Below, in pieces: positions 15,202 to 24,568 of a stretch of 32,000 bases of DNA. Origin of the DNA: Pseudobacteroides cellulosolvens ATCC 35603 = DSM 2933 (lineage in GTDB: Bacteria > Bacillota > Clostridia > Acetivibrionales > DSM-2933); assembly GCF_001262605.1 (NCBI RefSeq), contig NZ_LGTC01000001.1:1071192-1103191 (forward strand). The letters run 5' to 3'. Every line of letters starts with the position of its first letter. Position 1 is the first letter of the stretch. The translations under genes and the position numbers were made by a program. Below the pieces are notes generated by a model that made no database searches, was not told where the DNA came from, and worked only from the letters and a program-made list of their open reading frames with translations.

Positions 15202-15378
15202 ATGGCAAAAGATATTTTCACACTAAGAATTACACCTGAAATTTTGAATAAAATTAAAGCTATAGCAGGAATAGAAAAAAGAACAACAGCAACACAAATA
15301 GAGTATGCATTAGAAATATATATAAAAGACTATGAAAAATTACATGGTAAAGTTGAAGTAAAAGATAATGATGAATAA
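15202..15378 (+). CDS. RHH transcriptional regulator (copy 2)
   Basis: Same as 6427-6603. Confidence 0.55.
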   Translation: MAKDIFTLRITPEILNKIKAIAGIEKRTTATQIEYALEIYIKDYEKLHGKVEVKDNDE

Positions 15379-15388
15379 AAGGTGAATT

Positions 15389-15724
15389 ATGCAAAATAAA
15401 AGCTTAATTAAACATAAAAAAGAAATTTTATTATATTATAAATTATTGTCTATTTTATCTATAATATGTCTTGGTATCATATTTCCTTTTATATTTAGCT
15501 TTTTGCATAAAGCAGATTTAATATCTCCATATATTATTAACATACCATTAAAATATTTTTATATATTTTATAGTGTTTTAGGAATGGTTGTAGGGTTTAC
15601 AATTAGCTATATTAAAATATTAAAACTAAAGTTGTTTTTAGAAAGTTGTTTACGTATAGAAAAAATTGAAGAAGATATATCAAAAATATTATATGAAAAG
15701 AATGATATTTATCAATCTTCCTAA
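15389..15724 (+). CDS. small membrane protein (copy 2)
   Basis: Same as 6614-6949. Confidence 0.5.
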   Translation: MQNKSLIKHKKEILLYYKLLSILSIICLGIIFPFIFSFLHKADLISPYIINIPLKYFYIFYSVLGMVVGFTISYIKILKLKLFLESCLRIEKIEEDISKILYEKNDIYQSS

Positions 15725-16240
15725 TAAATAGCCCTAAAATGGGCTTTATTTTATGTCGAAAATGCGTAAGGGTGAAGAATGAAGAATTCACTGGATTATC
15801 GAAATTTGGGTAGTTTTCCCGCAAAAATTCGCCTTAAATCGTAATATCTTACCGCCCTTTACGTGCCTGTCAAAATTTATTCTGGGAACCCCGAAGTAAT
15901 TAGTTCCTAATTGTCTATACCTGCCCGCGTTCGAACTCTCACCCCAAGAAAGTACAGAGATATTTTATAATGCAGTGTCGGGGTTCAACAAGCTTTAAGA
16001 GTGCATTAGGTCACTCGTTGAAGTAATGCTAATTTGTTTGAACTCACCCCCGCCCCTTGAAGGGGAGGCAATTACCTTTCATTCTTGGCTTTTGATTTTA
16101 CCTCCCCTTTTTGTCAAGGGATGACGGCATAAGTAGTAATAATAACGGGTCGCTCAACTTATACGTCATTAACCCTTGACATGGTCATCCTATTGGGTCG
16201 GCGGTCTTCGAAGCCAACAAGAATGAAAGGATGATGAATT
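15725..16240. other. structured ORF-free intergenic region (copy 2)
   Basis: It equals 6950-7467 apart from two single-C deletions in C-runs. Confidence 0.55.
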
Positions 16241-16453
16241 ATGAATATCGAATTTAATGGAAAATCAATTGCAAATTACAAACTTGAAGTTAGCCAAATA
16301 GAACTTTGGGAAATCAAGAACGCAATCAAAAGAAAATTGAAAAAAGAAAGAGAATTTATTGATGAGATGTACACTGAAAATCAAGATGAAGAATTTGAGA
16401 AATCAAACAGAACATTAATACTTATGCTTGAATCTATCGAAAAAATAATATAA
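16241..16453 (+). CDS. hypothetical 70-aa protein (copy 2)
   Basis: Same as 7468-7680. Confidence 0.5.
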   Translation: MNIEFNGKSIANYKLEVSQIELWEIKNAIKRKLKKEREFIDEMYTENQDEEFEKSNRTLILMLESIEKII

Positions 16454-16475
16454 GCCGGAGAAATCCGGCTTTTTT
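16454..16475 (+). terminator. intrinsic terminator (copy 2)
   Basis: gccgga-gaaa-tccggc followed by T6. Confidence 0.75.
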
Positions 16476-16494
16476 CCATTTCAAAAAACATTCT

Positions 16495-16511
16495 TTTTAT
16501 TTCGTGTAATC
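16495..16511. repeat. attR core (ttttatttcgtgtaatc)
   Basis: This is the third copy of the junction core. It is followed by agat (16512-16515), which completes the palindrome arm begun at 745. Confidence 0.8.
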
Positions 16512-16627
16512 AGATATTAATCTTTTCCCTTATATCCTATTATAAATAAATAAATTATCTATACATAGTTAACTCAAATCATCTCTATACATTAATATTA
16601 TAAAAAAACTCAATAAACATGAAACCA

Positions 16628-17043
16628 TTATCTTCTTTGTATATTTATCATCTTTAAATGCAAAAAATCATCATCAATATTATGTGATGAGTAATTTCTC
16701 ATTACATAAGTTACAAGCAAACATATAGTTTGTTTTTTATAAATATCTATTGTGGATTCTTGCAATTCAATAAGGTTTTTTAGTACTAAAATACTATTAT
16801 CTCTAGCATTAGTTTTAAACTCTTTTGTAAATAATTGATTATAAGACTCTTTAATAATCTTGAGTACTCATATGCAATATTCATTATTAATTCATAATGA
16901 GATAATATTTTTTCCTCAAGCATTTCATTCATAAGCATATCAATCTCATTATAATAGTTATATTTTTCTATTCTTGTTCCAATATAATTATCTGCATCAA
17001 AAATTTTATTATTTGTATCTCTTTCAATAAATAAACATATCAT
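16628..17043 (-). pseudogene. possible frameshifted small gene (85-aa ORF plus an overlapping ORF of about 80 codons in another frame)
   Basis: The track ORF 16786-17043 ends in IIVF*. A second frame is open from about 16875 to the stop at 16628 and reads ...IIKESYNQLFTKEFKTNARDNSILVLKNLIELQESTIDIYKKQ.... Together they would form a helical protein of about 140-150 aa. The region is very AT-rich, so chance ORFs are likely. Confidence 0.25.
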
Positions 17044-17152
17044 TTTACTTTAACCTCTTTTTTAATCAAATTATCCTACCTTTACTAAATAACGTATATA
17101 AACTATTATAATATATTTTTTTATATTAAAAAGACAAATTCTTTGCATAAAT

Positions 17153-17173
17153 AAAAAAGCCTAAAATTAGGCT
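17153..17173 (-). terminator. intrinsic terminator of the carbamoyltransferase operon
   Basis: The minus strand has agcct-aatttt-aggct followed by a T-run, 35 nt after the stop at 17208. Confidence 0.5.
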
Positions 17174-17207
17174 TTATGTATAACACAAAATTATAATTAT
17201 TAAAAAA

Positions 17208-18572
17208 TCAATTCAATATCATTTTTGCCATCTCATCAGAAACTATCTTATTTCCTTTGCTGTTTATATGGCATGCATCTATAAATATATTATCCTTTTT
17301 ATTCAAAAATAGCTCTGACCAGTCAAAAGCTGCAACATTCTGCTTTTTTAAACTTTCTATTGAATTTCTAAGTGCAGCATAGCCTTCATCACAAGCTAAA
17401 AAGATTTTAGGCATGTACTTCTTTGCCCAATTGTGCACTCTTTTTGCATCCTCATAACTATCAGGATAATTCCCATAGACTCCTACAGGTTGGACAATAC
17501 AATAATACTTAAAGCCGTACTGAACCGAAAGATTGTACATTTTTAGATTGTTGTCGGTAAATACTTCGCCTGTTTTTACAGCCAGCTTTTTGACCTTGGA
17601 AATATCGTTCATATGCTCTGATACAGACCTTATATTATCGCTATTTTTATCAGATTCAAGCCTAATGCGTTTGTATATATTGCTTGGTACTACTTTTGAT
17701 ATAAACTCTTTAACTTTGTTACGGCTTTCGTAATCGAACATTACACCTTCAGGCTCATTGAAGTAAATTCCGTTAACAATATCGTTATAAGCATGATAAC
17801 CAATTACTATATCTGGCTTTAACCCTGCTTTCAGCTCAAACTCGAGCCTTTCAAGTTCCTGGCTCGAATTTGCCGAGTCTACCCCTGCATTAATTACAAA
17901 ATACTTGTTTTTTCCTGAAGAATTCAGAATTTCGGAAAGCTGGCTGCTTATGGTAAGATTATCCGGGACATCATTACAATACATTGTGGAGCCGCCCAAC
18001 ATTAGCACCTTTATAACATCATTGTCATCATAGTTGTATTTGTTTATGGTTCTACGTACAACATTTTTTGATCCAAAAGCTGCCGGTTCGGCATTTATGT
18101 ACTTTCCGTAAAACTCCTTTTTAAATATAAGCCTTGTTCCTTCAGGTGTATTCCACTCTCCGGGCTTCATTGCTGCATATTTTTCCAATAAAAACTCATG
18201 AGAGTAAAATGGTTCAGTTTCATAGGCTGCTTTAGCAGCTATCTCAAGTTCTGACTCCCAAGGTTTTATTGGATTAATGTACCCATAGATTACATCTACC
18301 AAAAAGAAAAGTATATATGACACCAGTACGATAATTACTGTTGTCTTAATATAATACATAATCTTTTTGTAATGCTTTTCTATTTTTCCCTTAAATATAA
18401 TCATCAATAACCCTAAAAAGAACAGGAATATATCAAAACCCCAAATAGCATATCTTCCTGAAGAATCTCCGATTATTCCATCTGATGTAAACAGCCTTGC
18501 AATGGTATATTCATTTACTAACAGTACTGAAATCAGGAATATAATTCCTACTAACTTTATATGTTTCTTCAT
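17208..18572 (-). CDS. membrane-anchored SGNH/GDSL-like hydrolase or acyltransferase (454 aa)
   Basis: I trimmed the 501-aa track ORF to the ATG at 18572, preceded by AAGGAG. The extra N-terminus of the track ORF merely overlaps the DUF5989 gene in another frame. The protein has N-terminal TM helices. Its motifs are VLMLGGSTMY (block I-like), AYNDIVNG (block III-like) and IDACHINSKGN (DxxH block V). Confidence 0.55.
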   Translation of the reverse strand: MKKHIKLVGIIFLISVLLVNEYTIARLFTSDGIIGDSSGRYAIWGFDIFLFFLGLLMIIFKGKIEKHYKKIMYYIKTTVIIVLVSYILFFLVDVIYGYINPIKPWESELEIAAKAAYETEPFYSHEFLLEKYAAMKPGEWNTPEGTRLIFKKEFYGKYINAEPAAFGSKNVVRRTINKYNYDDNDVIKVLMLGGSTMYCNDVPDNLTISSQLSEILNSSGKNKYFVINAGVDSANSSQELERLEFELKAGLKPDIVIGYHAYNDIVNGIYFNEPEGVMFDYESRNKVKEFISKVVPSNIYKRIRLESDKNSDNIRSVSEHMNDISKVKKLAVKTGEVFTDNNLKMYNLSVQYGFKYYCIVQPVGVYGNYPDSYEDAKRVHNWAKKYMPKIFLACDEGYAALRNSIESLKKQNVAAFDWSELFLNKKDNIFIDACHINSKGNKIVSDEMAKMILN

Positions 18573-18583
18573 TGTTTTTCTCC

Positions 18584-18736
18584 TTAAAACAGTGAATATA
18601 TAAATGGTGCAAGAGCAGAACCTGGAACAACAACTACAAGTACACCTATGACTAAAAGTACAATTATTATAGGCATTAGCCAGAATTTCTTTCTTACTTT
18701 CATAAAGCCCCATAAATCTTTAAGCAAGTCCAACAT
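18584..18736 (-). CDS. DUF5989-like 50-aa membrane protein (not in ORF track)
   Basis: My translation is MLDLLKDLWGFMKVRKKFWLMPIIIVLLVIGVLVVVVPGSALAPFIYSLF*. This matches the DUF5989 pattern I recall (...LW.F.KVRKKFWL.PII..LL..G.L......S...PFIY.LF). Its ATG overlaps the SxtJ stop (TAATG). Its stop overlaps the RBS of the next gene. Confidence 0.6.
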   Translation of the reverse strand: MLDLLKDLWGFMKVRKKFWLMPIIIVLLVIGVLVVVVPGSALAPFIYSLF

Positions 18737-19155
18737 TAAAAAGGCACCTCCATTCTTTCAACAGGTATTTGGTTACTTTTCTTACGATATGTATTTGCCG
18801 TAGCATCAAATTTATCATCTAAAGGCCTGTATCCAAATAGTTTCATAACAATTCCTATCGGTGTGATAACAATAAAAAACACTACAATAAGAAGTATTGT
18901 TGTGTTTATACGGCCTAAAAACATACCTATCTTCATCCACACTTTATAGAAATTTTTAAGGGTGGATGGCATAATTAATGCCCACATAAATAATATAGCT
19001 GCTACTATCCAAGGCCATATTCCATAAGGCTTATGTCTTAAAAATGGAATTAGTAAGCCAAATAGTAAACCTATTGCAATACTTAAGGTGAAACCAAACC
19101 GTCTTAATTCCTTTAAATCCATACCTTTGTTATCTATATCTTTATTAGATTGCAT
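18736..19155 (-). CDS. SxtJ-family-like small membrane protein (139 aa)
   Basis: It has about four hydrophobic helices and sits between a carbamoyltransferase gene and a DUF5989 gene. That is the arrangement I recall for SxtJ-family genes. Confidence 0.5.
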   Translation of the reverse strand: MQSNKDIDNKGMDLKELRRFGFTLSIAIGLLFGLLIPFLRHKPYGIWPWIVAAILFMWALIMPSTLKNFYKVWMKIGMFLGRINTTILLIVVFFIVITPIGIVMKLFGYRPLDDKFDATANTYRKKSNQIPVERMEVPF

Positions 19156-19166
19156 TTTAAATCCCC

Positions 19167-21008
19167 CTAATCCAGCTCAAATTCAGTTTTCCATGATTCA
19201 TCTTTTTGAACCTTTGGCTGATCATTTTTGGCCAATATAAAATTTTCAAGTACAAGATAATCCATATCGGTACGCATAAAGCAGCGGTATGCATCCTCAG
19301 CAGTACAAACTATAGGTTCTCCACGGACATTGAAGGAAGTGTTCACAATAACGCTGCAACCGGATAACTTCCCAAACTCTTTAATAAGTCTATAATATCT
19401 TGGATTTGTTTCTTCATGAACTGTTTGTACCCTGGCAGAATAATCAACATGTGTAACGGCGGGGATTGAAGAACGTGCAACATTGAGTTTTTCAATACCA
19501 AAAAGCTCATCCTGCTCTTTAGTCATGTTAACCCGTATGTCTTGTACAACCGGAGCTACCAGAAGCATGTATGGGCTTTCATGATCCAGCTGAAAATAGT
19601 CTCCTGCTTTTTCATGAAGAACAGAAGGTGCAAATGGCCTGAAGGATTCACGATACTTTATTTTAAGGTTCATTACAGATTGCATTTTTGAGTTTCTGGG
19701 ATCGCCTATAATAGAACGGCCACCAAGAGCCCTCGGACCAAATTCCATACGCCCTTGAAACCAACCTATGACCTTGCCTTCCACAAGTATTTTTGCCAGA
19801 TTTGCATACAATTCGTCATCATTGAGATTCTTGTATTTAGCTTTTACAGAATCCAAGTAATCTTTTATACTCTCTGGTTTTTGTGAAGGACCTAAATATG
19901 AACCTTTCATGCTATCGCCTTTAGCAGAATTTCGTGGCTGCTTTAAGTATTGATGCCATACTGAAAGGGCAGCTCCCAGTGCCCCGCCCGAGTCTCCAGA
20001 TGCAGGCTGTATCCATATATCTTTGAAAATACCTTCACTTAATACTCGTCCGTTTGCAACACAGTTAAGTGCAACTCCGCCTGCTAAACATAGGTTCTCT
20101 GCTCCTGTTTCTTTTTTTATTGTGCGGGAAAGCCTTAATATGATTTCTTCTGTAACTTGCTGTATAGAGCGAGCTATGTCCATTTCACGCTGTGTAATAA
20201 CTGATTCAGACTTTCTTGGAGGTCCGCCAAAAAGTTTGTGAAATTCATTGCTTGTCATTGTAAGACCTGTAGTATAGTTGAAGTACTTCATATTTAATCT
20301 AAAAGTACCATCGTCTTTAAGATCAATTATATTATCAAGAATCAAATCAACATAGGTTGGGTTACCGTAAGGAGCTAGTCCCATTAATTTATATTCTCCG
20401 GAATTTACTTTAAAGCCGGTATAGTATGTAAAGGCAGAATATAAAAGACCTAATGAGTGTGGGAAATCCATTTGCCAAAGAGGAGTCAAACTATTATCTT
20501 CACCCATCCATACAGATGTTGTAGCCCATTCCCCAACACCATCAACACATAAAACAGCAGCTTTTTTAAATGGGCTTGGATAAAATGCAGATGCTGCATG
20601 GGACATGTGATGCTCGGTAAAGAGCAGCTGCGGGAGCTCATTAACCTTGCAATTACCTAAAGAAGCCAGCTCTGTTTTTAAGAGTTTTTTAAGGAACAAC
20701 TTTTCCTTAAGCCATATCGGCATTGATTTAATATAGGAAGCAAATCCTCGAGGAGAGCATGATATATATGTCTCAAGTAATCTTTCAAACTTTAATAAAG
20801 GCTTTTCGTAATAAACTATCTTATCTACATCACGAATACTTATTTTTGCTTCGGACAGACAATAATTTACAGCGTTTACCGGGAACCTTTCATCTTGCTT
20901 TTTCCTTGTAAATCTTTCTTCCTGGGCTGCCGCTATTATTACGCCATCAACTAATAGTGCAGCGGCACTATCATGATAATATGCGGATATCCCAAGTATT
21001 TTTTCCAT
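19167..21008 (-). CDS. carbamoyltransferase (NodU/CmcH family), 613 aa
   Basis: The N-terminus ILGISAYYHDSAAALLVDGVIIAAAQEERFTRKK, plus GGVALNC, the ...SFN..GEPIV... C-terminal domain and the length are typical of the family. Confidence 0.85.
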   Translation of the reverse strand: MEKILGISAYYHDSAAALLVDGVIIAAAQEERFTRKKQDERFPVNAVNYCLSEAKISIRDVDKIVYYEKPLLKFERLLETYISCSPRGFASYIKSMPIWLKEKLFLKKLLKTELASLGNCKVNELPQLLFTEHHMSHAASAFYPSPFKKAAVLCVDGVGEWATTSVWMGEDNSLTPLWQMDFPHSLGLLYSAFTYYTGFKVNSGEYKLMGLAPYGNPTYVDLILDNIIDLKDDGTFRLNMKYFNYTTGLTMTSNEFHKLFGGPPRKSESVITQREMDIARSIQQVTEEIILRLSRTIKKETGAENLCLAGGVALNCVANGRVLSEGIFKDIWIQPASGDSGGALGAALSVWHQYLKQPRNSAKGDSMKGSYLGPSQKPESIKDYLDSVKAKYKNLNDDELYANLAKILVEGKVIGWFQGRMEFGPRALGGRSIIGDPRNSKMQSVMNLKIKYRESFRPFAPSVLHEKAGDYFQLDHESPYMLLVAPVVQDIRVNMTKEQDELFGIEKLNVARSSIPAVTHVDYSARVQTVHEETNPRYYRLIKEFGKLSGCSVIVNTSFNVRGEPIVCTAEDAYRCFMRTDMDYLVLENFILAKNDQPKVQKDESWKTEFELD

Positions 21009-21138
21009 CCTAACACCTCCCCCATATAATTAAAAAAATAAATTTGTATTTGATTACTTCTAAAAAATATATATATAAAATTATATGTTAATTTTGTATC
21101 ATAGACAATAAAAAAATTAAAAACACCCTAATTTAGAC

Positions 21139-21171
21139 AAAAAAAGTGGAGAGAATTTTCATCCTCTCCAC
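21139..21171 (-). terminator. intrinsic terminator of the chemoreceptor gene
   Basis: The minus strand has an 8-bp stem gtggagag/ctctccac followed by T7. Confidence 0.7.
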
Positions 21172-21190
21172 TTATGTTGAATATTATCCA

Positions 21191-24100
21191 TTAATATTTC
21201 CCAAATTCATTATTACTTAAAGAAATCTTCTTTATACCTGAAGCTCCACCTATTGCAGATGGCTTTTTATTTGTAGACATATTCTCAATCATTTTCAACA
21301 CTTCAGGATTAAGATCATTACTGCTATCAGTTTTCTTAAGATTAAATTTATTTACCATTTCCTTGAGGACTTCTGCCTGACTGGAAAGCTCTTCACTTGC
21401 AGCTGCACTTTCTTCTGACGTAGCAGAGTTTGTTTGAGTAACTTGTGATACCTGCATTATACCTTGATTAACCTGTGCAATACCTGAGGCCTGCTCATTA
21501 GAAGCAGAAGCAATATCTCCTACCAGGTTTGCAGCTTTTGCTACACCGTCAACTATTTTATTGAGGGCTTCTGCTGTATCATTAGCAATCCTGGTTCCAC
21601 CCTCAACCTTCTTAATAGAACCTTCAATAAGCACCGTTGTTTCTTTAGCAGCATTAGCAGACCTTGCAGCGAGATTTCTTACTTCCTCTGCTACCACTGC
21701 AAAACCCTTGCCGTGCTGTCCTGCTCTTGCAGCTTCTACAGCAGCATTAAGTGCGAGTATGTTTGTTTGGAATGCGATTTCATCAATGACTTTTATAATC
21801 TTTGAAATGTTTGCTGAAGATTCATTAATATCACCCATTGCCTTTAACATTCCAGCCATTTGTTCATTTCCTTTGACTGCATCCTGTTTAGCCGATAGAG
21901 CCAATTCATTCGCCTGATTTGCATTAACGGCATTCTGCTTGGTTTGAGAAGCAATTTCATCCATTGAAGCTGTTAATTCTTCAATTGAACTGGCTTGTTC
22001 CGTAGATCCCTGTGATAAAGCCTGTGCAGAATCAGATATCTGTCTGGAGCCTGAAGCCACCTGTATAGCAGCAATGTTTATATCATTTAAAACATCATTA
22101 AAGGATTTTAATGTGAAATTAAGATCATTTTTTATTTTAGCATATTCGCCTTTATAATCGCCGGTCATGCTAACTGTAAGATTACCTTTAGCCATTTCCT
22201 GCATGACAGATGTAGCCTCTTGTATTGGTTCGGCAAAAGCTTCCATTGTCTTATTCATACCCTCAATGATTTCTTTATACCCACCTTTAAATTTACTCTC
22301 ATTCCCTCTTACATCCAATTCACCATCTATTGCAGCTTTGGCAAGAATACCTGCCTCGCTTACCAAATCACGTATTGATCTCATGGCTTCGATACAGGCA
22401 GGCATAATCTTATCATTTTCGGATCTTTTTCCTATCTTTTCAAAATCTTCCAACTTGCTTGAATCACCTTTACCAACGCGTTCAAAAGCATCCTGTATAC
22501 TTATTAATCTGGTATGGACTTGATTTATAGCTTCTGCAAACTCTTTAAATGTACCTTTATATTGGCCGGTCATTTGTGTAGTAAAATCATTGACAGAAAT
22601 CTTTTCAAGTACTTTCTTTGCTTCTGTTAAAGGTATTTCTATTGCATCAATGGTATCGTTTACACCTTTAACGATTGTTGCATATCCACCCTTTAGCTTA
22701 TTAACATCGCTTCGAACAGAAATTTTACCCTCCGTGGCAGCTTTTGCAAGCATAGTCGTCTCATCAATAAGTGTATAAAGTGAGGCCCTTACTTTATTAA
22801 GGTTATCAATTAATACCCTGAAATCACCCTTATACTTATTTTCTATTATTTCCAACTCTTCACCTTTTGACATTTTTTCTATGTACCCTGCTGCAAAATT
22901 TAGTGGTTCCATGACAGCATCAAGCGTATTATTAATGCCCTCGACGATTTTTCTATACTCCCCATTGTGCTGCGAAGCATTTGCTCTTGATTCAAGATTG
23001 CCGTTAATTGCAGAAGATACAAGAGTTTCTGCATCACTGATCATTAGGTTAAGTGCTGATTTAACTTTAGTGAGACTATTATTGATCTTTACAAAGTTTT
23101 CTCTGGCTTCTTTGGTAAATTGGTCTGCTTCTTTTACACTAAGATCCATATCCAGTCTTCCTTCAGCCAGCATATCTAAATTTGCAGCAAGACGTTCAAC
23201 TTCTTCTTTTGTGTAGGAATTTACTTTAAGAATTGATGTTAGGTCGGTAACAACCTCAACAAACCCAATACTTTCACCCTTCCTATTTCTAAGATATGAA
23301 GTGTCCTGTTTGCAGCTCATTCCGCACCAGTCAAAATAGCTTTCGGCTTTACCCTTTAAAAGTTGCTTTATACCACAGTTTTGCGTATTACAAATATTGG
23401 CTCCAGCATTACTGCATTGTCTGCCATATCCATCCTTTCGTTCCCTCACTACGCCCTGTTCAATCATCAATTTCTCAAAGGATTTATTCATATAAGTCCA
23501 GTTCATATCATTATCAGTTACATGTATTGGGAAAGGCACTGCATCAATAATCGCCTCATACCATGCATTCCTATCGTTTACCGTATCCAATGTCTGGTTT
23601 ACACCTTCTACTATCTTCCTGTATTGCCCATCATGTTTTTGAGCATCCGCTCTTACTGAAAACTTACCTGCAATTGCTGAATCGGAAAGCATGGATACAT
23701 CTCCAATCAGCTTTCCTATTGCTTCCTTTGTTTTCTCCAAGGAGTTGTTTATTTTTATAAAGTCCTCTCTTGCTTCTTCTGTAAATTGGTTGCTTTCAGC
23801 TACTTGCATATTCAGATTGAGATCGCCTTTTGAAAGTAAATCAAGGTTAGATGCCAAACGATCTACTTCTTTTTTTGTGTATTCATTAACACTTAATATG
23901 GAAGACAAGTCAGTTACTACTTCAACATATCCTACTACCTCTCCTTTTGCATTTCTTAAATGTGAAGTATCTTGTTTGCAATTCATACCGCACCAATCAA
24001 AATAGCTTTCCGGAACCCCTTTTTGAAGTTGCTTGATACCACATTTCTGAGTATTGCAAATATTAGCCCCAGCATGGCTGCAAGCTTTTCCATATCCAGA

Positions 24101-24379
24101 CCTGCGGTTTTTAATTACACCCTGTTCAATCATTAATTTTTCAAAGGCTTTATTCATGTAAGTCCAGTTCATATCTCCATCAGTAACATGAATAGGAAAA
24201 GGAACAGCGTCGATAATTTCTTCATACCAGGCCATTCTTTCTGCAATTTTTTTTAGCAGCGATATTATTCCTTCCGAATCTTTTGAATCTGATTCAATAG
24301 TAATGTTTGTCTCACCAGCAGCTATTTTTTCAGCCATTACCACAATCTTATTAAATGCTTTATCGCTAAACCATTTCAT
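21191..24379 (-). CDS. soluble methyl-accepting chemotaxis protein with duplicated Cys-rich PAS-like sensor modules and a poly-HAMP-like region (1062 aa)
   Basis: The C-terminal MCP signalling domain reads ...[41 protein letters not shown].... There is no N-terminal TM helix. A 222-aa module (aa 50-271 and 272-493) is duplicated. Confidence 0.9.
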   Translation of the reverse strand: MKWFSDKAFNKIVVMAEKIAAGETNITIESDSKDSEGIISLLKKIAERMAWYEEIIDAVPFPIHVTDGDMNWTYMNKAFEKLMIEQGVIKNRRSGYGKACSHAGANICNTQKCGIKQLQKGVPESYFDWCGMNCKQDTSHLRNAKGEVVGYVEVVTDLSSILSVNEYTKKEVDRLASNLDLLSKGDLNLNMQVAESNQFTEEAREDFIKINNSLEKTKEAIGKLIGDVSMLSDSAIAGKFSVRADAQKHDGQYRKIVEGVNQTLDTVNDRNAWYEAIIDAVPFPIHVTDNDMNWTYMNKSFEKLMIEQGVVRERKDGYGRQCSNAGANICNTQNCGIKQLLKGKAESYFDWCGMSCKQDTSYLRNRKGESIGFVEVVTDLTSILKVNSYTKEEVERLAANLDMLAEGRLDMDLSVKEADQFTKEARENFVKINNSLTKVKSALNLMISDAETLVSSAINGNLESRANASQHNGEYRKIVEGINNTLDAVMEPLNFAAGYIEKMSKGEELEIIENKYKGDFRVLIDNLNKVRASLYTLIDETTMLAKAATEGKISVRSDVNKLKGGYATIVKGVNDTIDAIEIPLTEAKKVLEKISVNDFTTQMTGQYKGTFKEFAEAINQVHTRLISIQDAFERVGKGDSSKLEDFEKIGKRSENDKIMPACIEAMRSIRDLVSEAGILAKAAIDGELDVRGNESKFKGGYKEIIEGMNKTMEAFAEPIQEATSVMQEMAKGNLTVSMTGDYKGEYAKIKNDLNFTLKSFNDVLNDINIAAIQVASGSRQISDSAQALSQGSTEQASSIEELTASMDEIASQTKQNAVNANQANELALSAKQDAVKGNEQMAGMLKAMGDINESSANISKIIKVIDEIAFQTNILALNAAVEAARAGQHGKGFAVVAEEVRNLAARSANAAKETTVLIEGSIKKVEGGTRIANDTAEALNKIVDGVAKAANLVGDIASASNEQASGIAQVNQGIMQVSQVTQTNSATSEESAAASEELSSQAEVLKEMVNKFNLKKTDSSNDLNPEVLKMIENMSTNKKPSAIGGASGIKKISLSNNEFGKY

Positions 24380-24488
24380 AACTCGCTCTCCTTTTTATAA
24401 GTTTTATAAAGTAAAACATTCTGGGCTATATATTTATCGGACATTATGTAAACAATATTAATAATTAGCATCTGATTATCCAAGCAAC

Positions 24489-24517
24489 AAAAAAATGAGA
24501 GGATTTGATCCCCTCAT
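24489..24517 (-). terminator. intrinsic terminator after the 90-aa gene
   Basis: The minus strand has tgagggg-atcaaat-cctctca (7 bp, one G-U pair) followed by T7. Confidence 0.6.
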
Positions 24518-24568
24518 TTATATTGAAAAATAGAATATTATGTAAGAGCATTGATAATTTTCATACCT

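Larger units (their letters stand above)
7739..16511 (-). mobile_element. integrated filamentous (inovirus-like) prophage, copy 2 (8,773 bp including a 1,815-bp IS)
   Basis: It is collinear with copy 1. The differences I found are listed here. One extra A in the run at 8024-8028. One fewer A at 9880-9884. A SNP at 12271. The IS at 12405-14219. A SNP at 14388. One fewer C at 15818-15820. One fewer C in the run near 16047. A core SNP at 16495. Confidence 0.85.

Noticed and set aside
15612-15824. 70-aa minus-strand ORF in the copy-2 intergenic region
   Set aside because: It overlaps the 3' end of the copy-2 111-aa membrane-protein gene (15389-15724) on the opposite strand and runs into the ORF-free intergenic region. 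Copy 1 has no equivalent ORF in the track. It appears to be open here only because of the copy-2 single-C deletion at 15818-15820.
779-16511. Possibility that the tandem duplication is an assembly artefact
   Set aside because: The copies are distinguishable by an IS insertion, three SNPs and four indels, and the internal junction has a clean attP-like sequence. A collapsed or expanded repeat artefact would not create these. The homopolymer indels themselves could still be sequencing errors.
18573-18713. N-terminal 47 residues of the 501-aa track ORF (a Cys-rich MGLYESKKE...CSCCSRFCSC stretch)
   Set aside because: This stretch is the DUF5989-like gene read in another frame. A strong AAGGAG-ATG start at 18572 fits the downstream protein, so the Cys-rich extension is an artefact.
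21561-24005. A series of plus-strand ORFs (118, 118, 62, 111, 84, 98, 65 and 104 aa) inside the chemoreceptor gene
   Set aside because: They are antisense shadow ORFs of a well-supported 1062-aa minus-strand gene. Their translations are Ser/Leu/Ala-rich and low in complexity, with no RBS context.
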